The position numbers were made by a program, and so were the translations under genes. Positions 28,893 to 41,639 of a stretch of DNA of 64,000 nucleotides are shown here, in pieces. Origin of the DNA: Octopus vulgaris (lineage: Eukaryota); assembly GCA_951406725.2 (NCBI GenBank), contig OX597841.1:25110001-25174000 (forward strand), written 5' to 3'. The notes under the pieces are model-generated. The model worked only from the letters and a program-made list of their open reading frames with translations, was not told the origin of the DNA and made no database searches. Within the stretch, counting starts at the first letter, position 1, and every line of letters starts with the position of its first letter.

Positions 28893-30028
28893 CATCAATG
28901 TTAATGTCGAAGGTACTTCGAAACACACACGCACATACACACTGGAACGGGCACACGTACCAGTATATAAGGGAAGTAATTTTATACATATATTCTTAGA
29001 GTGATTTCCCCTGGCAATAAGATTTCCTGCCTCGTAACATTGCACGGAATAATTTTTCCTCTCGTTCTGACAGTGTCTTTCTGTGTTTCTCTTTATTATT
29101 TCCAATCTTAAACAAATAATAATGATCCCCTCCTACATGCTGTGTATCAGTGTGATTATATGAAACCCCATCTTTTGATAAGCTTTCCAATTTAATAAAT
29201 TTATGGAATAATAAATGTGTGGATTATATTGAAATGAGATTTACCGCATTTGTCAGGTTAAGAACAGTTTCATCTCCAGCTTAGTCGATATGTGGTCGGT
29301 TGAGCTGAAAATATGCTCACCCATGTTAAAAGTGCTGGCGAGTTTGCATGGCAACTATTTTTTTTCCTCAAATGAAAGGCGCGGCCCGAGTAGACCCAAA
29401 TGAAATCGGGTTATATTAACCAAAATGTGAAAAGAGGTCTAAATAGAGCTGAAAGGGGATTAAAATTTACAGGAGCGGGTGTCTAGCAATTCTCTGTTAC
29501 ATCAAGCTAAAAAATTTGCGTCAGCCTTTTAAATCGTCAATGTGTTGCCGTCCATGATGAAGAAGTTTTGAATGCTTGCCATGGTGAGTGTACTGTCGTG
29601 AGAAAAAATCACTTCAAAACTTGGTGTTAAGGAATTTTCTTTTACATCAAGTTCAACATTTTACGCCAGCCGTTAAACTGCCACTACGTTGCTGTCCGTC
29701 GTTAAGAAATACCAGCCATGGTGACTCTACCATCCTCAGATTCTATCCCTTCAAACTTTGGTTTCGAATATTTTTGTTTTATTCAGCTCGCAAGTTCGTC
29801 TGTCCCTTTTAAATGTTAGTGTTTTGCTGTCTGCCTTGAAGCAGACCTTTCCGTTGTCACTCCCTGATATTTATGATTGATCTTTCAAAATATATTCTTT
29901 CTCAACTTACTCAAGATCTTTTGTTGTTTATAAATGGGAAATAGATAGATAGAGAAAGAAAGAGAGTAAGAGAAAGCAAAGGAGAGTCTGAGAGAATGGA
30001 AGCAACAGAAAGTAACAACAACACTCTT

Positions 30029-30059
30029 ACCCGCGCGTAGAGCGGGTCACCTTAAGCTA

Positions 30060-30060
<1 letters not shown>
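30029..30060 (+). mobile_element. Helitron 3' terminus
   Basis: Hairpin ACCCGC-GCGTAGA-GCGGGT followed by CTAG|T. Confidence 0.55.
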
Positions 30061-30134
<74 letters not shown>

Positions 30135-30902
30135 CAGATATATACACTTTGTATATATACATTATATATACATATCTATATATAGAACACACACACACAC
30201 ACACATATATAAATTAACCCAATAAATATCTGATTCATAATATTTGTTCTCATGATTGTGTGGTGGTGGTTGTGTCGATGATAATTCTCTCTAGGAATGC
30301 AGACAGACGTAGAGAGAGAGAGAGAGAGAGTAACAGCGCTGGCGAAGGCGGCGGGGGAAATATAGTAGGTGCTGTCAAGCTACGTAATAGAGAGAAAGTG
30401 ATGGGAAGGGAGGAAACAGAGAGAGATGGAGGAGGACAGGCAGATAAGAGAATGGGAGCAGACTTGTCAAAGTGTGCGTTTTTTACCCTAGAAACCACAC
30501 CTTTTAAGATAAAGATTTCTAAGCTAGCCCACTCACATCCTGACTTCATTTTACATGTCCCTGTAAATTTTGGAGTCAATCCGACGGGATCTAGTGCCTT
30601 TTAACCCGTTCCAATGCCAAAACCAGACGAACAAACTTTTCGCATTTCAGATTTATAGATATTGATATATACATATACAAACATACATACTTATAGCTTT
30701 ATTTCTATACATACATTCCTAAATATGTGTGTATATATATAAACACATGTACATATACTGTATATAAATACACACACACACAGAAAGAGAGTGTGTTGAG
30801 GAATGTTACGATAAGCGTTAGTATGTAGAATGCAATGTATGCGATGCAGGTTCGATTCCCGGGTGAAGCCATTTACAACAACAACAACAATAATAATAAT
30901 AA

Positions 30903-30933
<31 letters not shown>

Positions 30934-31086
30934 AAGAAGAAGAAGAAGAAGAAGAAGAAGAAGAAGGAGGAGGAGGAGGAGGAGGGGGAGGAGGAGAAGA
31001 AGAAGAAGAAGAAGAAGAAGAAGAAGAAGAAGAAGAAGAAGAAGAAGAAGAAGAAGAAGATCGAAGTTTAATATTTTTGGACATAT

Positions 31087-32415
31087 TTATTTTTCAAAAT
31101 AAAAGAAAGCAAAAGGTTGACGTCCAGGAATAATTCCAAAAACCATCAAAGAATTTTCTGAAACATCCAAACCAAGAACTTCAAAGACTTCATTATCATC
31201 CCCTCTGGGGAGTAAATATTTTGGATTATCTTTTAATATCAAGATATCATTATCTTCAGATGTTTCCTCTTCAATATGTCGAGGAATTTCGTAAATATTG
31301 TTTTCTATATCTGTTATATAAACACATTCACCAATTATGGTTAGACGAGGTCTTGGAATATAATATTCCAGACCATAAAATCCTCTTCCTCCTATTCTCA
31401 TCTTCCTCACCAAAGACTTTTCCCTGAACCATTCCACAATACACAAAACTGCCCAACTTCCAAACTCCTCCTTCATCTCCCCCCTCAAAAAAAAAACATC
31501 ACCAAAAGATGTAACTCCCACATCATCCACTACCGAATCTCCCTCAAACCTTCCCAATCTCCTCATTTTCCCATGACACACTTCATCTTTACATTTCCCA
31601 TCTTTGATATCAACCACATCCACATCCACATAATAAGAGTCAAAGGTGTTGGGGTCATCGCAATAATAGTAAACTTTGTTGTTCTCCCTTATTCTTCGGT
31701 ATTTCTTGTGTCTCTGTTCTTGAGTTATGTCTCTAATATAATGACCACCACACATGAGTTGAACGTCGTTGTATTTATAAAGCCTGTTGTAGTATTTCTC
31801 AGTTGTGATGCTTCTTAAACGACAGAGATCCCTGTTGAAGACCCTCATTTCTCTCCCAAAGGCGACAATGAAACATTCCTCTGTCCACCAACATATGTCC
31901 AGTGGCGGTCGTTGTTGTTGTTCATGTTGAAGCATATCCACTGTTGTTGTTGTTGTTGTTCTGATTAATGTGACACTTTCTCGAAATATCAACACACTCA
32001 CATTCTCATCTAACTTAATTAGTTTACTGTTCAGGTCCCTAATGTCCCACAAATCATAATCAACAGGTTCCTCGAATGCAGGAATGGAAAAAGGGACCAT
32101 TGCTGTCCTATATGGAAGTCTCCTCACTGATATTTCATCAATTCCTGAATTATTAATCTCCGCTATGTAATTACCACATCTCACCTTTAATCTACCTTTG
32201 CTAATTATTTCACCTGATTTACCTCTTCTTCTTCCTCCATCTCCATCTCCTCCTCTGTATTCCAATTTATTAATTAATTTATTACTGAATATTTCCTTGT
32301 TCGTTTCAGATGTAATGGAAGGGAAATGAAGACCAGAATCAAGATTTAATAACGACACAGATTCCAGAATGTTCACTTGGTCCCCATCAATCTTTATGCA
32401 ATGACATCCAATCAA
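31087..32415 (-). CDS. C-terminal segment of the multi-propeller protein (442 aa)
   Basis: Long non-repetitive ORF in AT-rich DNA; blade-like LTIIGECVYITDIENNIYEI. Confidence 0.65.
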   Translation of the reverse strand: MIGCHCIKIDGDQVNILESVSLLNLDSGLHFPSITSETNKEIFSNKLINKLEYRGGDGDGGRRRGKSGEIISKGRLKVRCGNYIAEINNSGIDEISVRRLPYRTAMVPFSIPAFEEPVDYDLWDIRDLNSKLIKLDENVSVLIFRESVTLIRTTTTTTVDMLQHEQQQRPPLDICWWTEECFIVAFGREMRVFNRDLCRLRSITTEKYYNRLYKYNDVQLMCGGHYIRDITQEQRHKKYRRIRENNKVYYYCDDPNTFDSYYVDVDVVDIKDGKCKDEVCHGKMRRLGRFEGDSVVDDVGVTSFGDVFFLRGEMKEEFGSWAVLCIVEWFREKSLVRKMRIGGRGFYGLEYYIPRPRLTIIGECVYITDIENNIYEIPRHIEEETSEDNDILILKDNPKYLLPRGDDNEVFEVLGLDVSENSLMVFGIIPGRQPFAFFYFEK

Positions 32416-32416
32416 T

Positions 32417-33181
32417 TCAATATGTACACACCAGTAAATACCCCACTTTTCTCCATATTACACCATAAGGGATGAGACTTGGCCAAACTTTAGATGTCTG
32501 CAAATCTCCATTCAGTTGAAATATTTCTTTTCTTTTAGTAACCGTGGCCATTATGTGTGATTCTTGTGTAAAACACACACCACCAACTAAACTTGCAACA
32601 TTTCTGTGACATAGCAACTGCCCGTCTTCATCGAATATTTTAACAATTCCATTATTGACTTTTTCACACACAACTGTCTTTCCTTCATCAGAGACATCAA
32701 AATCTTTTACTTGAACAAGACAGTCATTTGTTTGTAAACGAACAACCGGGAAGCTGTCTCGATTCACCATAAACAACCCTTCAACATACAATTCATTCCC
32801 TCTCATTACCCTCCTGGGGCTTCCAACAAACCTTAGTCCTTTACAGTCTATACTGACGAAAAATACTTCTTCTTTATAAATTCTTTCATTCAAGAATATT
32901 CTCTTGTATTCCCCATTCTGGGTCAAACACAAAATGTTTCGATATCTAGGTGAACCTAAACATTTCTCCCACTGACCATAAATGTACAAAAAACTGTCAT
33001 CAGTTGTCATCCTGTCATCAATACCAAAATAATAATCCATGTAGTGTCTGACTGAATGTAAATATTGACCATCACTGTCGAAGAAAATGATGAATCTTTT
33101 GTTGAAGACAATGATGACATTTTCAGAAGTAACTTTAATATCCTGGATGTCATCATAATAATTTCCATATTCGTCTCTCAT
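32417..33181 (-). CDS. Segment of the multi-propeller protein (254 aa)
   Basis: DIKVTSENVIIVF..FFDSDGQYL and DFDVSDEGKTVVCE..VKIFDEDGQLL are NHL-like blades. Confidence 0.65.
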   Translation of the reverse strand: MRDEYGNYYDDIQDIKVTSENVIIVFNKRFIIFFDSDGQYLHSVRHYMDYYFGIDDRMTTDDSFLYIYGQWEKCLGSPRYRNILCLTQNGEYKRIFLNERIYKEEVFFVSIDCKGLRFVGSPRRVMRGNELYVEGLFMVNRDSFPVVRLQTNDCLVQVKDFDVSDEGKTVVCEKVNNGIVKIFDEDGQLLCHRNVASLVGGVCFTQESHIMATVTKRKEIFQLNGDLQTSKVWPSLIPYGVIWRKVGYLLVCTY

Positions 33182-33293
33182 TATTAATGGTTCAGGACTG
33201 TTTAAATGCTTTGATGTGTTGATTCTGTTGCTTGTATTTACTTGATGTATCTGATATGTATGTGATGTTGTAACAAGTATAAAGTGTTATAAA

Positions 33294-35039
33294 CTAGTAG
33301 GTTAAATGTAAGCCAATTGCCTTCCTTGTGTCTCTCTCGGAAGACAACATTTCACTGACAGAAATGTTTCTGGAAAATACATCTACCAGGTCGATATAAT
33401 AATTAAGTTGATTATTTGTAACGAGATCATTAACCAACAAATTATGATCGTTTATAGCAAACATACGGCTTCTGTCTATCAGATAAACAAACATATGGTC
33501 AATAGATCCACCTTGGAGATTGAGGGGACGTTTCGCTTGAGACATTAAAACAGTGGGGACCATCTGACGACCACCACGACCACCACCACCTATTCTAGTG
33601 TTGAACTGAAAAGCTTTTCCCCTAGTAACAATTAATAGCTTTTCTATTTTCTTGTCTATTGATAATGATTTCACAAAAACAGGGATATTAATTGTCTTAA
33701 TTAATTCAACTTGATTATAATAATTGATGGCTAAAATGTCTAAATGTGATGGTTTATCACAATAACAAACAATTTCACCTTCACCCATCTTACACACCCG
33801 TACATAAGGCTGCCTTAATGATACACTTCTCACTGTCTTTGATAGGTTTCCGATGACCCTTAATTGTTTCTGTAGGGGTAATGTGATACCTATACGATTA
33901 GAATCCCATCGACATATATCTGTGGCTGTAGACGGCAGAGAAAATCTGGACAGAATGTCTCCTTCCTGAGAAATGTATAACAAGCAATCATGGTTGATGT
34001 CGGACACCACCAACTGTCCATTTGCAAGATTACATATTTCGCCAATGAGAAGTTTTTGGTCATTCTCCTTTTCTTTGAGTCGTAGATTTAGATTTCTGAT
34101 ATGAGGATTTTTTATGGGTAAACAACAGCCAGACGACCGGTCTTGATACTTGTAAAGAAGAACCCTGTTGAGTTGAGTGTCCGGGACATAAAGAATTCCT
34201 TGGAAAACAGCAATGTCAGGGTGAACAGGGAAAGGCAGTTCCCACTGCCATTTAATTTCTCCATATATATCATAACATCTGAAAATAGAGTGTCTCTTGA
34301 AGAGGACATAGAAATAAACATTATCAGAGTAGATGTGATGAGGGTTGCCATAGAATGGAAGGTATTTTTGAAAAAGTTCTTCACCACATGTGGAATAAAA
34401 TACCATTTTATTTTCGCTTCCATCTACGACTACAAAATTAATTGGAGTTGCAGCAATGCTGACATTATAATGTCCCAGAGAAATTCTTTCTATAATCTCA
34501 ACTTTATCTTCGTTGATCAAGAGGATATGGACCTCGCTTTTGTTTTCAGTGGTGGTCACAGCTAAACTCTTATTTGATACAATATGACATATTTTCATGT
34601 AACCAGTTTGCACCTTTATTAAAGGGCCTTTTCTTAGTTCAGGACAGGTGATATACTGAAACCCTTTCATTCCACGATAAAATACCAGGAATCTGTTTGC
34701 ATTTATTCTACAACAGAAAGAAGGAAGCTCAACGAAAACTGAATTATTTTGGCTAATTATTTCCCCTTTATCAGTGAATAATTTAGCTTTCTTGTTTTTG
34801 TAAATTATTAATATAGAAGATGTAGACATAGGTAGAATATTTGTAATGTTGTAGCAATCCTCAATATCAATATAGTCTTTTAAACTGGGGGTATGTAGCT
34901 GGTGGTGGTATGACAGTTTGGGCCAAAAATCTTTATTTATTTGAATACCATGTGGTTTGCCGCAATAATCTGTTACCAAAATGGTATCTTTACCAAAAGA
35001 AATAGAGTGACATTTCCTGCCAATGTCCCTCCTTGTCAC
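33294..35039 (-). CDS. Central segment of the multi-propeller protein (581 aa)
   Basis: Two propeller-like modules, e.g. ICNLANGQLVVSDINHDCLLYISQEG. Confidence 0.7.
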   Translation of the reverse strand: MTRRDIGRKCHSISFGKDTILVTDYCGKPHGIQINKDFWPKLSYHHQLHTPSLKDYIDIEDCYNITNILPMSTSSILIIYKNKKAKLFTDKGEIISQNNSVFVELPSFCCRINANRFLVFYRGMKGFQYITCPELRKGPLIKVQTGYMKICHIVSNKSLAVTTTENKSEVHILLINEDKVEIIERISLGHYNVSIAATPINFVVVDGSENKMVFYSTCGEELFQKYLPFYGNPHHIYSDNVYFYVLFKRHSIFRCYDIYGEIKWQWELPFPVHPDIAVFQGILYVPDTQLNRVLLYKYQDRSSGCCLPIKNPHIRNLNLRLKEKENDQKLLIGEICNLANGQLVVSDINHDCLLYISQEGDILSRFSLPSTATDICRWDSNRIGITLPLQKQLRVIGNLSKTVRSVSLRQPYVRVCKMGEGEIVCYCDKPSHLDILAINYYNQVELIKTINIPVFVKSLSIDKKIEKLLIVTRGKAFQFNTRIGGGGRGGRQMVPTVLMSQAKRPLNLQGGSIDHMFVYLIDRSRMFAINDHNLLVNDLVTNNQLNYYIDLVDVFSRNISVSEMLSSERDTRKAIGLHLTY

Positions 35040-35058
35040 ACCACCTTTAGCTGAAATC

Positions 35059-35865
35059 CTAAATTATTTGTCCCTGGAGGACATAGAAATAATTTTGGTA
35101 GAGAGAGATTTTACTTGGGAGGTGCAGAGAATGGGTCTCTACCTCCCATAACTGTTGGCCATCCAGTTTGTAACAGATTACTCTGTTGATGCTGGCGAAT
35201 GTAATTACAAGTATATTCTGGACCCCTACAGCAATATCTGTAGGGGTTTCTTTGGTAATAAATTGATAGTTAATGGTATTATCCTCCCAATCAAATTGGT
35301 AAACTATCTTACAAAACATTTCTACACCTATAAGTGTAGAATCTTCCAAGTAACTCACCATATGTAACGCCAACTGTATCCTTTTGATCTTAAAGGTTTT
35401 AGGGCTGATAATAAGAATCATTTCTTGGAAGGGGAGGGTTGCCAGAACCATGTCTTCACTGATTCTGGTGAAACTGGTCACAGAAGATGGACAATGGACA
35501 TCATTTCTGTCACTGTCTCTTGTTATTAAACTTATTGTCTTATAATGGTGGGAATATGTCATCACTCCCTCCTCTATGATGACAATATTGGATATTGTGC
35601 TTTCCTGAAATTCTTCTCCAGATTCCTCGATATTTGCTTCTCTGGTCACATCTGGCTGAAGAGGCCGACATTTTGTGGTTATTTTTGGTGGATCAATGGT
35701 TTTGTGTTTGTCTTGTAGAATATTTCTTTGTAAATAGTGTTCCAGGAACAATTCTAATTTTTCCAAACATAAGAAATTCTTGATTGTAATCGTTCTTTTT
35801 TTAATGCCTTTCATCAGAATTTCTATTCTCTGTGTAAAATCTTTTAGAAAAGTATTTTTTTCCAT
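35059..35865 (-). CDS. Coiled-coil end plus first propeller module (268 aa)
   Basis: Helical K/E/L-rich start, then PTDIAVGVQNILVITFASINRVICYKLDGQQLW. Confidence 0.65.
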   Translation of the reverse strand: MEKNTFLKDFTQRIEILMKGIKKRTITIKNFLCLEKLELFLEHYLQRNILQDKHKTIDPPKITTKCRPLQPDVTREANIEESGEEFQESTISNIVIIEEGVMTYSHHYKTISLITRDSDRNDVHCPSSVTSFTRISEDMVLATLPFQEMILIISPKTFKIKRIQLALHMVSYLEDSTLIGVEMFCKIVYQFDWEDNTINYQFITKETPTDIAVGVQNILVITFASINRVICYKLDGQQLWEVETHSLHLPSKISLYQNYFYVLQGQII

Positions 35866-36907
35866 TCATATTCTTTTTAAAAAAAGTACATATTTCTTTC
35901 CGAGAATTTATCAACAAATTAATTTTGTCCTCGTAGGCATTGAATCTTGTATAAAATATATGTTTGTCAAAACTATTTCGTCTTCTCATTATTTCCATCT
36001 TTTTATGGTCTCCTTTATGTCTTTTTTGTTTTGTTGTTGGCTGAGATGAAGCCCGTTTCTCGGACATTTCTATCCTTGAACCGTCATCTCTCTCATATTT
36101 ACCCCTTTTATAGTCAACTCCTTCTTCATCCCATTTTGGTGTTGAGTAACTTAAAGCCTTTTTCTGAGGTGTAAATTTTGCTAAAGTATTTTCTCTTGGG
36201 TCTTCCATAGTGAATATGTAAAGAAATATAAGGAAAGCATTTAGCTTTGTGAAAATATTAAAGTTTCAGGGAGATGATGTTTATTTCATTATTTGAAAAA
36301 CACAAACAAAACATTTATGTATTTCTGTCAGTGAATTAATCTTGTCTAATTAATATTTAAACAACTTATTACAATCTATTCTAAGATGTATTGATAAGTT
36401 TCATTAATTACATGGAGTCTAAATATTAGAAATGATTATATTCACTGGAAATGATATTTGCTCTCAACATCACAAAGTAATAGTCATGTGTGGCTTTATT
36501 TATTTAACGATAATTAGTCAAAGAGATTCCCCTGCTCCAAAAGCACTCAATAACGAAACACACTAAGCTGTAGAGAAAATTAACTTTAATTGGTGTACGT
36601 GTGATATTATGTCCCAGTTAACATGGGACAATTAGCAAAACATCCACAAATCTACAAATCTACACTTTTAAAAAAAATACACCCATCACTATTCTATTTC
36701 TCAACCAGGCTGATAATTCCACAGACATCTCCAAGAATATTTCTATATTTACCAAATTATAACATAGATTATTCCTTCAAATACAATATTTAAATGTAAT
36801 TTAGAAAATTATATTAAAAATATAATCTTTTAAATATTAATAGGATGTTTAACTTTTATAATGTCAGAATACAATTTACGAAGATGAAATACTAAAATTA
36901 TTTTTAT

Positions 36908-38012
36908 AATAATAATAATAATAATGAAAGTATTGTATACAGTGCTCAGGTGCACCACAACTTGTCAGAAAGTGAGTATAAAGTATATGCAGTAATGTAC
37001 AAATGTCTGGAAAGCGAACAATGCATGAGTCAGATACATGCTTGTGTGTGTATGGAGAGGAGAAAATCAGGTGTAGTGTTGGCGAATCTCAGAAAGCATG
37101 GAAGTTCTGAAGGATGCAGTGCTCCGACAGCTAGCAACTGATGCCGGCAGTTTGTTCCATGCTTCAGCAACTCTCAGCGTGAAAAAATGTTTCCTAAATT
37201 CATGGGATCTGTGCTGTTTTCTGACTTTGTAAATATGTCCACGGGTGTTAGATGGGTGGAGTTTGAAAAGGTGCTCAGAGTTATTGTTTGTAAGATGGTT
37301 AATAATTTTATGGGTGTCTGCCAAGTCAGCTGCCAGACGTCGGAGTTTCAATGTGTCCATGCCCAGGGAAGTAAGGCGTTCAGAATATGGCAAATGCCTG
37401 ATGGAGGGTATTCTTTTGGTTGCACGTCGCTGAACGGCTTCCAGACGATTGATATCCTGGGCAAGATAGGGGTTCCAGACCGGTGATGCAAATTCCAGGT
37501 GAGGTCTTACCATAGCTATATAAAGCTACAGATAGATAGTCGGAGAGCGGCTCACAAAGGATTTGGTGAGTGATGCCAAGACACCCTCAGCTTTCTTGAC
37601 AATTTTAGCGATGTGTTTTGTCCAACGCAAATCACTGTCGACAATAACACCCAGGTCACGTTCACTTGAAGGTCTTTTTGAGATTAGTGTTGTGGAAGGA
37701 GTAGGTGGACGCTGGGTTTCTCCTCCCAAAATGCATGGTGGTACATTTGTCCACAGCCAGCTTGAGTTGCCAGTCCATGATCCACTGCTGCATTGTGTCC
37801 AGGTCTGCTTACAATAGAGATCTATAGTGTACAGGTTCTGACCTCTTTATTTCGAGGTACAGCTTGATGTCATCTGCATATTTCAGCACTGTGGCATTCT
37901 TTAAGTTGGCATCTATGTCATTAACATATGCAACAAATAAAAGGGGGCCAAGAACAGATCCCTGTGGTACACCAGATGTCATCTCATAGGGCAAAGAGTG
38001 CTGTCCTAGAAC
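36908..38012 (-). mobile_element. 5'-truncated CR1-group LINE (second family)
   Basis: SGVPQGSVLGPLLF, KYADDIKLY, ERDLGVIVD, VRPHLEFASPVWNP, FFTLRVAEAWNKLP; (ATT)n tail. Confidence 0.9.
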
Positions 38013-38385
38013 CTTGTCATAGGTATGTATCTTGGTTTAAAAGTATGTGGCTGTTGTAATGTATAGGTATGTGTGTGTATATGTTGGTGTGTTGTAGTAT
38101 ATGTTAGCCAGATTACGTCGACATGCCTATCTCAGATTACCACAAACTATGTGAATGACACCCTCTCCCCACCTCCCATCCAGTTATATATTCTTTCTTT
38201 CTCTCTTTACACCATCTCCAACATTACCACCACCACCACCTCTCCATGCATTTCCATTCAAGTGTTTCATGTTTCTGAACCAATCATATTCACTTATTTT
38301 GCCTTCTTTCTTTATATGGAAAAATCCCATCCTCAATATTTAACTTTGTATACATACATATATAGCTACACACACATACATGTAC

Positions 38386-38477
<92 letters not shown>

Positions 38478-38582
38478 ACACGTACCTACAAACACACCCA
38501 TATACATACACACATACAGGCATACCTTTTCCAATAAGTTGTAGTGACCCTAATATCGTATACAATAAGCTCATTATAGTTA

Positions 38583-38800
38583 TTATTATTATCATTATTA
38601 AGAATCGTTAGCATACTGGGCGAAATGCTTAGTGGTATTTCACTCATAGCTACGTTCCAAGTTCAAATTCCACCAAGGTCGTCTTTGGTTTCATCTGCCC
38701 AGGGTCAATAAAACAAGTAGCATTTGAGTACTGAGGCCGATGTAGTCAACCGTCCGCTTCCCTACGAAATGTCAGGCCTTGTGCCTTTTGTAGAAAGGAC
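38583..38800 (+). mobile_element. Degenerate SINE (copy ~62582-62790)
   Basis: GTTAGCA..GGGCGAAATGCTTAG..GTTCAAATTCC head, similar to 55623-55828. Confidence 0.65.
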
Positions 38801-39129
38801 TATTGTTTATGCAGTGAATGACATCATTGTTAATGCATCGGACATTGAATGTATGCGCGAAGCAGGGAAGGAGAATGCTTTAGAGTAGCTAACCCTCATA
38901 GAAATAACAGACAAATCTCCTTCTAGTCAGATTCTATTGTTATAAGAATGTATATATGTATGTATTGAGTCAATAACAAAGACCTCTGTATGGCTGTTAA
39001 ATCACGAGAATTCTCCTATTTTCAAGTGAGCTTTGTGTACTAAAGATCTTTCAAGTTTGATATTTTCTAAATCCTTAAGTTCCACACAATTGGCAACAAT
39101 GGCTGCATCTCCTTTCATTTCTGAAGAAA

Positions 39130-40740
39130 GCATTCCAACAGTCAAGGAAGAGCCCGTCAAGAGCTTGGGACGAGTATACGCTGGAACATTGTCAGAGAGA
39201 AGTCGTGGGATTGAAATTATGAAACAGGCCGAGGCTGGGTTATCAGCGATTGATGATTCGAAGTTACCAGGTAAATATAAAATTTGGTGCTTGCAGTTCG
39301 GTTTGTACCCGCGACTTGCGTGGCCACTTTAAATATACGAAGTAGCATTGTCACATGTTGAAAGGATTGAACAAAAATGTAATGTGTTCATTAGAAAGTG
39401 GCTAGGTCTACCTCGTATGTTGAACAGCTCAGCTCTTTATCGTAAAAGAGGTTCGTTGCAGCTACCAATAGCATCAATAGTTGAAATATATAAGTTGAGG
39501 AAGATACGGACGGTCATGGTGCTGAGAGAATCGAAGGATATGGAAATCAGGCGTAACCCACTAGAGGTGAAAACGGCCAGGAAGTGGAAAGCAGAAGCAG
39601 AAACTGACAACATCTTGTCTTCTCTTATACACAGAGATATGGTGGGAGCAACGCAGAACCATCGGAAAGGATTTGGTTTTGGCGCAGATCAGTTCAGACC
39701 GTTTGCAAGCATGATCCCGTGTGAACGCAGATCTGTTGTTAGCAACAGCGTCAAAACAAGAGAAGCAGAGAGAAGAGAGCTTCGTTTGATCCGATGTGTT
39801 CATCAAGGTCAGATGACGAGATGGGAAGAACATGTTGTTGAGAGGAAGATAAGTTGGGATGAGATGTGGAAGTGGACGACATCTCGGCTGAGTTTCCTGA
39901 TTCGTTCATCTTATGATGTTTTGCCATCACCTACGAATCTAGTAAGATGGAACGTCTTAGAGAATGACATCTGCAAATGTGGAAAGGTCGGTACACTAAA
40001 ACATAATCTTTCCAACTGTTCATTAGCATTGAACAGGTACACATGGAGGCACAACTTGGTCCTTAAGGTTATCTTCAATGCTATAAAGAACCAAATTCAT
40101 CTCAACAACACTGAGGAAAAATCGTTAAAAGTACCATCAAGAGATTTCATTACCTTCGTGCGACCAGGTCAGCGGATCCGTTTCAAGAAGAAGACCAAGA
40201 AACTTCCTGAGAAAAATGAAAAGTGGAACGGCTATTGGGAGGTAACTGCAGATTTACCTGGGTGCCAGGTTTTCTTTCCCATCCCAGTTTCGAAAAAAAC
40301 AGATTTTTAATGTGGTGTGAAAGAAGATAATATGGACGCCGCTCGGGCTCGAAAATTGAACCGTCATGAAAACCTCCTCGAGGAATGTGAAGACGCAGGC
40401 TGGAAAGCGGAACATTTTCCTATCGAAGTCGGATGTAGAGGGTTTGTAGGACACAGCGTGAGACGACTGTTGTTATCGCTAGGCCTAACTCATCGTAAAG
40501 TCAATACCACCATGACTGATATCCAATCTACAGTGGAGAAGGCTAGCCACTGGATTTGGTTAAAAAGAGACGATGAGCGATGGCTAGAAGTATATTCAGT
40601 TCTTCATAACCAGCTGATCTAGCAAGCGGGGTCTCATATCAGTGAGGGGGCCGGTGCACATTGATGCCGTCGAGAGGTAGGCCCCGAAACGGCGCGCATT
40701 CTCTCCTGATGACCCCATACACTTGCTAGCTTCCGGTATA
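39130..40740 (+). mobile_element. HERO/NeSL-like (R2 superfamily) non-LTR retrotransposon, 3' half, decayed
   Basis: EPVKSLGR, LPGKYKIWCLQFGLYPRLAWPL*IYE, RKWLGLPR, YDVLPSPTNL, zinc knuckle CKCGKVGTLKHNLSNC, RYTWRHN and RLE motif PIEVGCRGF. Confidence 0.85.
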
Positions 40741-41467
40741 CGGAGCTTTTAACTGGTAGCACTTGCAAGTGCAAGTTGCTTGCAAGACATGTTAGCATTT
40801 TATCTGCCATCAGGGATCTGAAAGTAACCCTTCAATTGGTTTGGAGAGAGTAATATACTGATATACACGACATGCACGCTGTCCATATATATATATATAT
40901 CTATGTATGTGTGTCTATATCCGTGTATGTTACTCTGTGTGTGTATATATATCTCCGTATGTTACTGTATATAATATCAAATTACTCCTCGCGATTTTTT
41001 AATGTAAAATGTCTCAGTTTTCTACTGAAAGATATTCTATTTCAACAGACGTTCTTTGTTGCAGAAAACAATACGTGGGAAAAACCAATGTATATATAAT
41101 CCCTCTCATTAATGTATATATGTGTGTGTATATAAATGTAAGAATGTGTGTATGTAGGTCGGTAAGCATGTCTATGTGTGTATGCAGGGATGAGTATGTG
41201 CATGCATCTGCAGTTATTTATATTAAGTATATGTATGGACATATGTAGTAAGTATATATACAAAGGTATGTATATATGTAAATATATGTGTATGTATTAA
41301 TAGTTATCGCCAAGCAAATATGGCAGTCCAGAAATATAGGACGAATGCTGCCGTTGATTAGCTCCAAGAGGCCATCGCCTCTAGCTAGCTATGTGACACT
41401 CGAACCTGGGTCCATTATAACCTTCGAAGAGGGGAGGTCAGCCACTTCCCCTTGCTGGTCAGGCATA

Positions 41468-41506
41468 TGCAGAGTAGTTTCAGGGTATTTGCCCCTTATC
41501 AGTGCA
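41468..41506 (-). ncRNA. Decayed minimal hammerhead-like motif
   Basis: TGCA-CTGATAA-GGGG-CAAATA-CCCT-GAAA-CTAC-TC-TGCA: stems I and II pair; the core has G8>A. Confidence 0.45.
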
Positions 41507-41639
41507 GAGCAGCTGAACCCAGCAGGCATCACTACTAACCGTCCGTTCAAGGGATTATTTACCTAAATTCAGTGGAATACATTACTGGTTTTCAAAAATA
41601 GAAATATTACATTTCTAAGTGTCTTGAACAGAGCCTACA

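Larger units (their letters stand above)
31087..36208 (-). pseudogene. Intronless ~1700-codon gene: coiled-coil plus ~5-6 tandem NHL-like beta-propeller modules; disrupted in this assembly
   Basis: Five abutting ORFs, separated by breaks at ~35870, ~35060, ~33300 and ~32445. A blade motif recurs five times (e.g. PSTATDICRWDSNRIGITLPLQKQL, PPLDICWWTEECFIVAF), plus NHL-type PDIAVFQGILYVPDTQLNRVLLY. Confidence 0.7.

Noticed and set aside
30815-30871. tRNA-like segment with GGTTCGATTCCC and terminal CCA
   Set aside because: No convincing D arm, anticodon arm or acceptor stem; probably a SINE or retroelement remnant.
31087-36208. Bacterial- or viral-style operon of five abutting ORFs
   Set aside because: Protein repeats continue across ORF boundaries and most breaks are small indels, so one disrupted ORF is simpler; no viral hallmark motifs were seen.
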